Source of the DNA: an uncultured Candidatus Bathyarchaeia archaeon
GTDB lineage: Archaea > Thermoproteota > Bathyarchaeia > Bathyarchaeales > Bathycorpusculaceae
Length of the DNA stretch: 58,870 nt
Assembly: GCA_964548345.1 (NCBI GenBank)
Contig: CAZJQR010000001.1
Span: 1 to 58,870, forward strand
Reading direction: 5' to 3'
In this document: one piece after another, positions 35,026 through 42,854 of the stretch
Position numbering within the stretch: position 1 is the stretch's first letter
Layout of the letters: every line of letters begins with the position of its first letter
Notes under the pieces: generated by a model
The model's input: the letters and a program-made list of their open reading frames with translations, nothing else
What the model was told of the DNA's origin: nothing
Database searches by the model: none
Made by a program: the position numbers and the translations under genes

Positions 35026-35350
35026 AGTAACGCCGCTGCTGGGTGACTCAAAAGAAATCATCAACAACTTATTGCAGCATGTAGCAGACCGCGTGCTGAT
35101 GCCTCTGCCCGTAAAAGCCCTCGGATACTTGCCCTGCGCCGTTTCCGCACTCAAAAAGTCTGGAGGCTGGATACACTACTACGGTTTTGAACACGCCGCC
35201 AAAAAAGAAAGCCCCACTGAAAAGGCTAAGCTGAAAGTGGCAAAAGAGCTTGAGGCTTTAGGCGTAGATTTCGAGGTTACCCTTGTTCGCGTTGTGAGAA
35301 GCACTGGTCCAAACTGGTTCCAACTCGTTGCTGATATACATGTTATGTGA
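35000..35350 (+). CDS. trm5: Trm5/Taw22 family, C-terminal fragment (frame +1)
   Basis: From about 35021: GKVTPLLGDSKEI...ADRVLMPLP...GGWIHYY. This is the missing Trm5 C-terminal half, including the catalytic-loop motif LMPLP (NLP/NPPY-like). It reads +1 relative to the preceding ORF. Confidence 0.7.
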   Translation: MLGLTEYGKVTPLLGDSKEIINNLLQHVADRVLMPLPVKALGYLPCAVSALKKSGGWIHYYGFEHAAKKESPTEKAKLKVAKELEALGVDFEVTLVRVVRSTGPNWFQLVADIHVM

Positions 35351-35419
35351 ACGTGCGGTCAGATTACCATAAAAAGAAACATGAAGACCATTGTTCCGAG
35401 TAGACAGTCAAAACGACTT

Positions 35420-35563
35420 AAAACATAGACACCTGCGCTTCCCCTCAGAAATTTATGCAGTTTCTATATATAAGGGGGCTATAGACTGCTCCGAGCACTA
35501 GAGCGCAATAGTCTAATCAACAATTCAAACTGTTTATAGAGGGTGTATAATTTTTTTCACGCG
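35420..35563 (+). repeat. Dispersed intergenic repeat, copy C
   Basis: ctgcgcttcccctcagaaatttatgcagtttctatatataagggggctatagactgctccgagcactag...ctgtttatagagggtgtataatttttttcacgc is collinear with copy A. The second box is degenerate. Confidence 0.75.
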
Positions 35564-35678
35564 CGCGCCAGAGAACACTCTCTCAAAGCATAACACCTCG
35601 CTAAATTGCTGTGCATGCCAGCCGCTTTGACAAATCTTAATAACCATCTCTGCGCTATCTGTGAACACGTGAAGCGTA

Positions 35679-35951
35679 ATGAAAAAAAAGTTGATGGAAA
35701 TACTCGCTTGCCCAATAGACAAGTATCACCCGCTTGAACTCCACGTTTTCGAAGAGAAAGAGGAAATAGTGGAAGGCTTAATCGTTTGCCCCAAGTGTTT
35801 ACGATGGTACCCAATACGCGATGAAATCCCAGAAATGCTGCCTGATGAACTGCGCAAAGAAGCGGAAGATTTGCCGTTCCTGAAAAAATGGAAAGCCAGC
35901 ATACCCGAAAAAATCGTGCATGAAGGCAAACCCTTCAGTTTAAAGCGTTAA
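35679..35951 (+). CDS. trm112: Trm112-family zinc-finger protein (methyltransferase activator)
   Basis: LMEILACPIDK...LIVCPKCLRWYPIRDEIPEML is the Trm112/UPF0434 signature. About 30 aa of C-terminal extension follow. Confidence 0.8.
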   Translation: MKKKLMEILACPIDKYHPLELHVFEEKEEIVEGLIVCPKCLRWYPIRDEIPEMLPDELRKEAEDLPFLKKWKASIPEKIVHEGKPFSLKR

Positions 35952-35967
35952 AGCGTAAGGCAAAGTT

Positions 35968-36915
35968 CTATTTCAGTTTTACCACCTTATTTTTCGCCGA
36001 AGACCGCAACGCAGCCTCAGCGATTTTCAAGGCTTTCAAACCGTCAACCCCCGTTATCACGGGCTTCTTCTTTTCTAATATGCAGTCTGCGAAGTGCTGA
36101 AGCTCAAGTTTCAAGGGTTCCTGCCAAGGAAACCTCGGCTGCAAGTTTTCCTTCGCATCCTCTATCCACAACTCCTGTGTTATATAATCCAACCGCATTA
36201 TCGCTTCGCTTCCCGTGACCGTGAGAATCCGCGTTTTGTAAGGCGTAATCCAGTTGGATTCTATGAAAGCGCTTTTTCCATCCTCAAAAGTGAGCATTAT
36301 CTGCGCGTAATCCTCAAATTTCCTATGTCTCATGCTCCCTGTTTTCGCGTACACGCTCATTGGGTCTTCACCAGATATGAAACGCACAACATCTATATCA
36401 TGAATCGCCGTATCTTTGACCACACCCACATCACCAATCCTCTCAGGCCACTGAGAAACCCGCTTGGCAGTGGCGCACACGAGTTCTCCGATCTTCTTGT
36501 TTTCAACCGCCTCTCGAATATGCCGCAACCCAGGAATAAACCGCATCAAAAAACCCACCGTCAAGTGCAGACCATTGCTTTCAGCAATATCCAGAAGCCT
36601 CTCTGCCTGCTTCGTGTGTGTAGCCATAGGCTTCTCAACTAAAACGTTCCTTCCCGCCTTCAAGGCCTTAAGCGCTTCCTTCGCAAGTTTCGTTGACCAC
36701 GTACACACGCTTACCGCTTCTATCTCTTCATTCTTCAGCATCCGAGAGCTGCTTGTGTAAGCCTTCACGCCAAACTGGTCAGCTACCGCTTTTGCTCTCT
36801 CGCGGTTCACATCGCAAACGGCCACAAGTTCAGTTGACTCCAGTTCCCCGTAGACTCTGGCATGGTTTTTCCCCCAGAATCCCGTACCTACCACTGCCGT
36901 ACCCAGCTTTTTCAT
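35968..36915 (-). CDS. Gfo/Idh/MocA-family NAD(P)-dependent sugar oxidoreductase (UDP-sugar 3-dehydrogenase-like)
   Basis: 315 aa with the Rossmann start GTAVVGTGFWGKNH and an EKP motif (VLVEKPMA). It is the last gene of the sugar operon. Confidence 0.8.
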   Translation of the reverse strand: MKKLGTAVVGTGFWGKNHARVYGELESTELVAVCDVNRERAKAVADQFGVKAYTSSSRMLKNEEIEAVSVCTWSTKLAKEALKALKAGRNVLVEKPMATHTKQAERLLDIAESNGLHLTVGFLMRFIPGLRHIREAVENKKIGELVCATAKRVSQWPERIGDVGVVKDTAIHDIDVVRFISGEDPMSVYAKTGSMRHRKFEDYAQIMLTFEDGKSAFIESNWITPYKTRILTVTGSEAIMRLDYITQELWIEDAKENLQPRFPWQEPLKLELQHFADCILEKKKPVITGVDGLKALKIAEAALRSSAKNKVVKLK

Positions 36916-38267
36916 CTCTTCTCCACTCCACTTCCTAAACCACGAAATGCAAAACCGTTGCGTTCAACTTTTTTAGGCTCAATCATTCCTGTTAAATCAA
37001 CCATTGCCGCAGGCATTTTCATTACAGCACGAAGCTTCTTAAGATTTAGCCGTTTAAACCGATCCTGCTTAGTCAACATTACCACGCAGTCTGCGCCTTC
37101 CACCGCCTCTTTCAAGCTTCTTTTAAACATACGCGCCATATTTGCCAGATCAGTTTTGGGAAGCAAAGAATCGTAAAGACTTACTTTCGCACCTTTTTTT
37201 TCCAACATTTTCACAAACAGCATAGTCGTGGGTTTCGCTGAACCTAGCACAGCAACTCGCGCTCTTCTTAACGTCTTACCACAACTCCGCAAAGCCGCTC
37301 TTGTTAATTTAATTGCGTGCCTAACCATGTCTTCATTTATTGTTCTAGCCAACGCAGGAAGCCTAAGCTTGGCATTCAGGTTCTCCCCGCTTTCCAGCAA
37401 GAGATACGCTTCTCTTCCACTATCTTCTGCCGCTTCAACCTTCGGCGAAAAACTTGATTCCTGAGCGTCAACAAGTTTTAAAGTTTCAAAAAAATCTATG
37501 CCAGCGCTTTCACAGAAAACAGCCAACTCGTTAGCCAAAGCCAAGTTCGCATCTTGTTTGGCAATTGTGAAAAGCAAAGCGGCTTCCGCTGTTTTAACGT
37601 CTAAAATCTGCTTCACACCTTTTCCCGTTATGGCTCCCAGAACACTCACAGCCGAGTCCAAACTGGTTCTATCCGCTGCGGCAACCTTCAACTCCTGATC
37701 CGCAATCGAAACTAAAGGTTGCTCACCACCAAAAGAATGGATAAGGCTGTAAACCAAACCAAAGTCTTCCCCCACTCGAAGTCCTGACGTGTCCTCCAGA
37801 GTTTCCTTGACCAAGCCCTCGGTGAAACCTAAACCCGCTACGCCTCCATAAACAAACAATGCACCTCGGCGAATTGCCGTCCCAACCTGCTTGCAGGCGC
37901 TTTCCACATCTAAATAGTCAGCATGCTGCTTTCCGTCAATTTTCGCAGTAAGTGTCATAACAACTATGTCGCTCTGGGAAACCGCGTTTTTTAACTCACT
38001 TGTAACGCTTAAGTGTCCCCTTCTCAAAAAACTCTTCAACTTAGATTCTATTTCTCGGTCATAAAACATGGTTTTTCCTTTCGCTAAACGTTTCACCAAA
38101 GTTTGATCCGCATCTGTGCAGATGACTTTGAACCCTGCACCAGCGAAAGCCATAGCGTAAAAAACACCTTTTTCCTCGCAGCCTATAACACTTACAGTGT
38201 ATTTTCCCCGTTTCTCGTTCGTATCCATTTCTTCAGGTTTCAAGTGTAGGACATCGGGCATGAACAA
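36912..38267 (-). CDS. Nucleotide-sugar (UDP-glucose/GDP-mannose family) dehydrogenase, WecC/WbpA-like
   Basis: 451 aa with a three-domain UDPGDH layout. It overlaps the downstream oxidoreductase by 4 nt. The catalytic Cys region around FCESAGID is present. Confidence 0.8.
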   Translation of the reverse strand: MFMPDVLHLKPEEMDTNEKRGKYTVSVIGCEEKGVFYAMAFAGAGFKVICTDADQTLVKRLAKGKTMFYDREIESKLKSFLRRGHLSVTSELKNAVSQSDIVVMTLTAKIDGKQHADYLDVESACKQVGTAIRRGALFVYGGVAGLGFTEGLVKETLEDTSGLRVGEDFGLVYSLIHSFGGEQPLVSIADQELKVAAADRTSLDSAVSVLGAITGKGVKQILDVKTAEAALLFTIAKQDANLALANELAVFCESAGIDFFETLKLVDAQESSFSPKVEAAEDSGREAYLLLESGENLNAKLRLPALARTINEDMVRHAIKLTRAALRSCGKTLRRARVAVLGSAKPTTMLFVKMLEKKGAKVSLYDSLLPKTDLANMARMFKRSLKEAVEGADCVVMLTKQDRFKRLNLKKLRAVMKMPAAMVDLTGMIEPKKVERNGFAFRGLGSGVEKR

Positions 38268-38301
38268 GTATTCTCCGTCTCAAATGCAAACTCGACACGC
38301 G

Positions 38302-39669
38302 CTAAACAGCGGCAAGGATTTTGTTAAGCGTTATACTGTACTCTTTGACTAGCTTTAATGCTTTTTCTTGATTTTTTGCTTCCGCATACAACCTATAAAC
38401 GGGTTCTGTCCCACTGGGTCTCACCAGAATGGCGCTTTTGTCTTCAAACCAAATCTTCACTCCGTCAATAGTGCTTATATTTGCGCCCTTCACCTGCTCA
38501 ACCAGTTTCGCAAGCACCATTCCCTTTTTATCCTCGGGACACTCGACCTTTCCCTTCTCAAGAAAATACTGCGGCTGCTCAGCGATTAGCGCCGAAAGCG
38601 TTTCCCCCGTCTTAGCCATAATACCCAAAACCAAAGCGGTTGTCATGGCTCCATCACGAACTGCCTGATGAGGACCGTAAAAAACTCCGCCGTTTTCTTC
38701 CCCACCCAACTTGGCTTTCACCTCTTTCATCGTCTGCGAAACCGTTACGCTTCCCACCTTAGTCCACACAATTTCGCCCTGGTAAGCTTCTGCAACATCC
38801 CTAACAACCGTCGAAGAACTCACAGGAGTAACAATCTTTTCACCAGGATTTTCAACAAGGAAGTACTTTTCAATCAACGCAAAAGTTTTATCTCCCCAAA
38901 AAATCTCCCCGCTCTCACCAACAAATATGGAACGGTCAGCATCACCATCGAAAGCCACACCAAAATCCGCGCCCACAGCCTTCACAACCGCAGCCAACAC
39001 CCCCAAATTTTCCGGACGCGGTTCCGGCAGTCTTCCAGGAAATGTTCCGTCAATGTTTGCGTTTATGGTTGTGACCCTGCAGCCTAGTTCTCTCAGAAGC
39101 TTTGGCGCTGCTAAGCCTCCTACGCTGTTTGCTGCGTCTACGACGACATGGTAGTGTTTTTCGGCTATTTCGGATGTGTTTACGTGTTTCTTTATGGCTT
39201 CGACGTACTCGTCATTTACCACTACGAATTCCTGTTTTGCGCCTAGCTTGTTCCATTCCGCGAATTCGGGTTTGTCTTTGAAGTAGGTGTTTTCTATTTC
39301 AGTTTCTTGTTCGTGTGAAATTTCTATGCCGTCGTTCCAGATGACTTTTATGCCATTATATTCTGGTGGGTTGTGGGACGCGGTGATTATTACTCCACCA
39401 CCCATGCAGTGATTTTTCACGGCGTATTGCAGTGCGGGTGTGGGTGCCATTCCGGCGAAGAACACGTTGCATCCTGTGGCTGTTAACCCTGCGGTGACTG
39501 CTTTGGCGAGCATTGGGCCGCTGGTTCTGGCGTCGTGACCTACGAGTAGGTTCTTTTTTGCGAAAAATGTTCCGATTGATGCGGCTATTTTTGTGGCTGT
39601 TTCCGGTGTTAGTTCTTTGTTGACGATTCCGCGGATGCCGTTTGTTCCGAAAAGTTTTTTCGTCGTCAG
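38302..39669 (-). CDS. glmM: Phosphoglucosamine mutase / phosphomannomutase family enzyme
   Basis: Phosphoserine loop TASHNPPEYNGIK and Mg loop FDGDADR. The conserved N-terminus TTKKLFGTNGIRG lies upstream of the first ATG (39513). The only plausible start is CTG at 39669. Confidence 0.85.
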   Translation of the reverse strand: MTTKKLFGTNGIRGIVNKELTPETATKIAASIGTFFAKKNLLVGHDARTSGPMLAKAVTAGLTATGCNVFFAGMAPTPALQYAVKNHCMGGGVIITASHNPPEYNGIKVIWNDGIEISHEQETEIENTYFKDKPEFAEWNKLGAKQEFVVVNDEYVEAIKKHVNTSEIAEKHYHVVVDAANSVGGLAAPKLLRELGCRVTTINANIDGTFPGRLPEPRPENLGVLAAVVKAVGADFGVAFDGDADRSIFVGESGEIFWGDKTFALIEKYFLVENPGEKIVTPVSSSTVVRDVAEAYQGEIVWTKVGSVTVSQTMKEVKAKLGGEENGGVFYGPHQAVRDGAMTTALVLGIMAKTGETLSALIAEQPQYFLEKGKVECPEDKKGMVLAKLVEQVKGANISTIDGVKIWFEDKSAILVRPSGTEPVYRLYAEAKNQEKALKLVKEYSITLNKILAAV

Positions 39670-39687
39670 TGTTTTTTCTCTCCTTGT

Positions 39688-40776
39688 TTAACAGATAATT
39701 TTGGATTTTAATATGTTTTCAGAGATTTCCTTGCCTGGACAGACAGTGGTTTCCTTTGCGAGGGTGATGTTGTCTCTGACTTTTGCTTGGTCGCCGATTA
39801 TGCAGTCTTTGCTGATTCTGACTTTTTTTCCGATTGATGCGTTTTCGCCTATTATGGCTCCGTTTATGGATGTAGAATCGTCTATTTTTGCTTCCGATAA
39901 TATTACGGATTGGCTGATGCGTACGTTTTTTCCGACGGCGACGTTTTTTCCCAGAATCGTGTATGGACCGATGATTGATTTTGCGCCTATGTGAACGCCT
40001 TTGCCCATGGCTACAGGATTTTTTAACTTGAACTTGTCTGCGTTTTTGGGTTTTTGTGTTTTGGCGAGTGCGTCGAGAAGGTTTTTGTTTGCTTGCAGGT
40101 ACTCTTTTGGTTTGCCTATATCCATCCATAAACCTTGGAAGACATGCCCGTAAAGTTGTCCTTCTTGGGCTAGTTTTGGGAAGACTTCTCGTTCCATTGA
40201 AACCTTTTTTCCTTTTGGGAGGTACTGGAAGATTTTGGGGCTTAGAACGTATATTCCAGCGTTTATGAGGTTGGTTGGCGCTGTGCCTTTGGCTGGTTTC
40301 TCTATGAACCTTTTCACGCGGCAATTTTTGTTTAATTCCGCTACTCCGTATCTGCTTGGGTCTTCAACTTCGTGAAGCGCAATCGTGACCAAGTTGCCTC
40401 TTTCCTTGTGTTTCTTCAGAATTTCTGTGTAACTCAAATCGGCGAATATGTCTCCATTCAAAACCATGAAAGTCTCCGAGTTTCCAATGAACTTTTCAGC
40501 GTTTTTTATTGGTCCTCCAGTTCCCAGAGGCGTTTTTGGTGGGTCGATGGAGTATTTTATGCGTAATCCGTGTTTTGGGATTCGTTTCTGTTTTACGTAG
40601 AACGCTGTTAGCCCGTTAACCGCTAGTATTGCTTCTTCAATGTTGTTTTTGGCGATTCTTTCGAAAATCCATTCCAGAAGTGGCTTGTTGACTATGGGGA
40701 AAAGGGTTTTGGGTCTGGTGCAGCTTAATGGTCTTAGTCTGGTGGCGAATCCGCCTGCGAGAATTACAGCTTTCAG
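39688..40776 (-). CDS. glmU: Bifunctional sugar-1-phosphate nucleotidylyltransferase/acetyltransferase (archaeal GlmU-like)
   Basis: (M)KAVILAGGFATRLRPLSCTRPKTLFPIVNKP, then a left-handed beta-helix hexapeptide C-terminus. The codon at the Met position is CTG (40776), preceded directly by an in-frame TAA. The ORF track only reports from Met104 (40467). Confidence 0.85.
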   Translation of the reverse strand: MKAVILAGGFATRLRPLSCTRPKTLFPIVNKPLLEWIFERIAKNNIEEAILAVNGLTAFYVKQKRIPKHGLRIKYSIDPPKTPLGTGGPIKNAEKFIGNSETFMVLNGDIFADLSYTEILKKHKERGNLVTIALHEVEDPSRYGVAELNKNCRVKRFIEKPAKGTAPTNLINAGIYVLSPKIFQYLPKGKKVSMEREVFPKLAQEGQLYGHVFQGLWMDIGKPKEYLQANKNLLDALAKTQKPKNADKFKLKNPVAMGKGVHIGAKSIIGPYTILGKNVAVGKNVRISQSVILSEAKIDDSTSINGAIIGENASIGKKVRISKDCIIGDQAKVRDNITLAKETTVCPGKEISENILKSKIIC

Positions 40777-40970
40777 TTAGTGTCAACCTCTTTGCGTTTA
40801 AGAGGCTATATTATCTGCGCGTTTTAATATAAACAGTTATGGTGAAAGACGGCTTGCTGAGTTCTACAGATTGATTGCGGAAGCAATTTGGTTACAGCAA
40901 GTTGCCGCTTGTTATCGAATGCGCTTTTGCTGCTGTCTGAGTTGGGGTATTCTGGTGCGGGCTGAACTGA

Positions 40971-41195
40971 TGCGCAATTTTTTGTCTATACCCCCTTATT
41001 TAAACTATAAATAGATACATTTGAAGCGTTGACTAGCGCGACGGTTATGCTCGGAAAAGACTATAGCCCCCCTATAAATAGAAACTTTAAATGGTTCTGA
41101 AAGAAGCGTGGCAGATAAACCCCCTATAGGTTTCTGCATAGTATTTCTATTAGGATCCAAATATATTGAGTGAATAGCGGGTTTTAAAGAAAGTT
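40971..41195 (-). repeat. Dispersed intergenic repeat, copy D (longest copy, three G/C5 boxes)
   Basis: tgcgcaattttttgtctatacccccttatttaaac...ctcggaaaagactatagcccccctataaatagaaact...ataaaccccctataggtttctgc...ctattaggatccaaatatattgag. The reverse complement is collinear with copies A and C. The distal part matches copy B. Confidence 0.8.
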
Positions 41196-41304
41196 GGCTT
41201 CGCATGTGCCCAAGTTTTCATGGAAGATTTTTAGGCCGAATGCACATCCTTTTTTAAACCGAAACGCACCGTTATTAGTGTCAATTTGGTTTGGTAGCAT
41301 AAGG

Positions 41305-42333
41305 ATGCAAAGGTTGCTGTCGTTTCTTAAAGAGCATGAGAATGCGCTGTTGAAGTTGTTGCCGTTAGTGGCGTTTGCTGTCCCGCTTTTGTGGCTGTAT
41401 CTGCTAGACGCTGGTTCGTTTGAGTTGATGTGGAAGGGCAGGATTTTTCAGCTGTTTTTCGTGTGGCTTATAGCGTTAGAGTTGATTCTCGGCTGGGAAA
41501 ACCTCCAACCAAGCAAGATCGCCAAGACCTTTTCCGTTAAAACGTTCGCGTTCATTGCCGCGCTAGCGCTTCCCACATTGTACGTGGTATCAGGTCACTA
41601 TCTGGGACGTAACACAGCTATCATTGAGGCGTCGGGGCAAAATCGAATCCCATTCGCGGATTCAATGGCGCTCTCAACCGAATACCTCGTCTTCGCCGCG
41701 CTCTTCTGTCTGATGGTTTTCTTGCAGTTCGGAAAAAAAGGGCTGAAGGACTTCTCTGTTCCCGCCGTCTTCCTCGGCCTAGTCGGAATCCTGTACACAA
41801 TCGACAACGTCTTTCCTTACGGGCAATTCACACCGTTCCAGCTGCTGGTGCCCACCACAGCCGCCCTCGCAGCTTCCGCGCTAAACCTGATGGGGTACCA
41901 AACAAGCTTAGCAGTCGCAGGCGCCATGCCACGCCTAACCGCAACGGACCCCGCCAACTCTCTGCGAACCGCCACTTTTGACATAGCATGGCCCTGCGCA
42001 GGCATCGAGAGTTTGCTCATTTTCACCGTGGTGGCATTACTGTTTTTGAAACGTATGCCCATCAGCTGGAAAGCTAAAACAGCCTACTTCGCAGTCGGCG
42101 CCGCAGTCACCTATATCATTAACATTCTAAGAATAGCAACTATTTTCACCATAGGAATGGATGGTGGAGACGTGCAGATGTTCCACTTTTACTACGGTCC
42201 GCTATACTCAATCGCATGGATCATGTCGTATCCGCTACTGGTTCTAGGAAGCCGAACGCTATGGCAAAAAATCACCAATAAAAATGCCTCAGCGGCTAAG
42301 GAACCTCAACCGCCTCAGCCAGACCCTTCTTAA
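41305..42333 (+). CDS. Archaeosortase/exosortase-family integral membrane protein
   Basis: Polytopic protein with a conserved Cys (FDIAWPCAGIESLLIF) and Arg (YIINILRIATIF), as in EpsH/ArtA-type sortases. The start is taken at ATG 41305 (MQRLLSFLKEHE). The ORF track starts at 41194. Confidence 0.65.
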   Translation: MQRLLSFLKEHENALLKLLPLVAFAVPLLWLYLLDAGSFELMWKGRIFQLFFVWLIALELILGWENLQPSKIAKTFSVKTFAFIAALALPTLYVVSGHYLGRNTAIIEASGQNRIPFADSMALSTEYLVFAALFCLMVFLQFGKKGLKDFSVPAVFLGLVGILYTIDNVFPYGQFTPFQLLVPTTAALAASALNLMGYQTSLAVAGAMPRLTATDPANSLRTATFDIAWPCAGIESLLIFTVVALLFLKRMPISWKAKTAYFAVGAAVTYIINILRIATIFTIGMDGGDVQMFHFYYGPLYSIAWIMSYPLLVLGSRTLWQKITNKNASAAKEPQPPQPDPS

Positions 42334-42853
42334 TCAAAATCTTGGCGTTCTCAACAGGCACCGACCCAACATCCTCAGCCAAAAAAGGCCCATAAGTCTT
42401 CATGTCCACACCCACAACCGCCGGAATATCCTTCAAAAACCTCAAGGCGACCCTCTTGTGAACTTTGTGATGCTTGGCCACGGCTACCTCTGAAACCTGA
42501 CCTTGCAAAAGTTTTTTAGCAAAACTTTGATACGCTTCAACGAAAGAAAGAAAGCCTTCACATAACTCGGCTTCTTCAGCCACTAACAAATCCGCAGGCA
42601 CCTTCTGACTTCCCGTGAGCAACCTTACCAGCTTTCTGTACCGCGCCCACACCAACTCGTCAACAATACGCTGCACATGTGCCAGCTCACGCTCAAGAAG
42701 CCCCACCTTCACCGCCTTCTTATCAAGCATCCTGCGTTCTTCCTTAATCCTTCGCACGTAATCCGCAACGCGAGCGTAAAAATCTGGAGACAAGCCTCCC
42801 AACTCAACGTTCTCGACCTCAAACCGCCACGCAGCAAAAAGTTCATCATACAT
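42296..42853 (-). CDS. GINS subunit, Gins51 (Gins15)-type
   Basis: 185 aa. The helical A domain comes first (LFAAWRFEVENVELGGLSPDFYARVADYV). The beta B domain comes last (LRFLKDIPAVVGVDMKTYGPFLAEDVGSVPVENAKILIKKGLAE). It lies 1 nt downstream of priS. Confidence 0.75.
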   Translation of the reverse strand: MYDELFAAWRFEVENVELGGLSPDFYARVADYVRRIKEERRMLDKKAVKVGLLERELAHVQRIVDELVWARYRKLVRLLTGSQKVPADLLVAEEAELCEGFLSFVEAYQSFAKKLLQGQVSEVAVAKHHKVHKRVALRFLKDIPAVVGVDMKTYGPFLAEDVGSVPVENAKILIKKGLAEAVEVP

Positions 42854-42854
42854 G

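Noticed and set aside
35560-35569. Alternating (CG)4-5 tracts after T-runs, at 35560-35569 and again at 57770-57779
   Set aside because: These are two short occurrences, with a third inside the rfcL coding sequence. That is too short and too few to separate from chance. The one at 57770 is noted only as a possible marker of the composition boundary.
39719-40324. 201-aa minus-strand ORF in an alternative frame of glmU, extremely Arg/Lys-rich
   Set aside because: It is a low-complexity translation of another frame of a gene with clear nucleotidyltransferase/hexapeptide homology. Similar shadow ORFs were rejected for the same reason: 7329-7868, 9947-10486, 20705-21244 and 36094-36642.
41005-41205. 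66-aa ORF inside repeat copy D
   Set aside because: It lies entirely in the repeat. The other copies do not preserve the frame, so the conservation is at the nucleotide level.
42296-42333. 38-nt convergent overlap of the archaeosortase and gins51 3' ends as a regulatory feature
   Set aside because: The archaeosortase tail (KEPQPPQPDPS) is low-complexity and may simply be run-on sequence before the first stop. Nothing supports antisense regulation.
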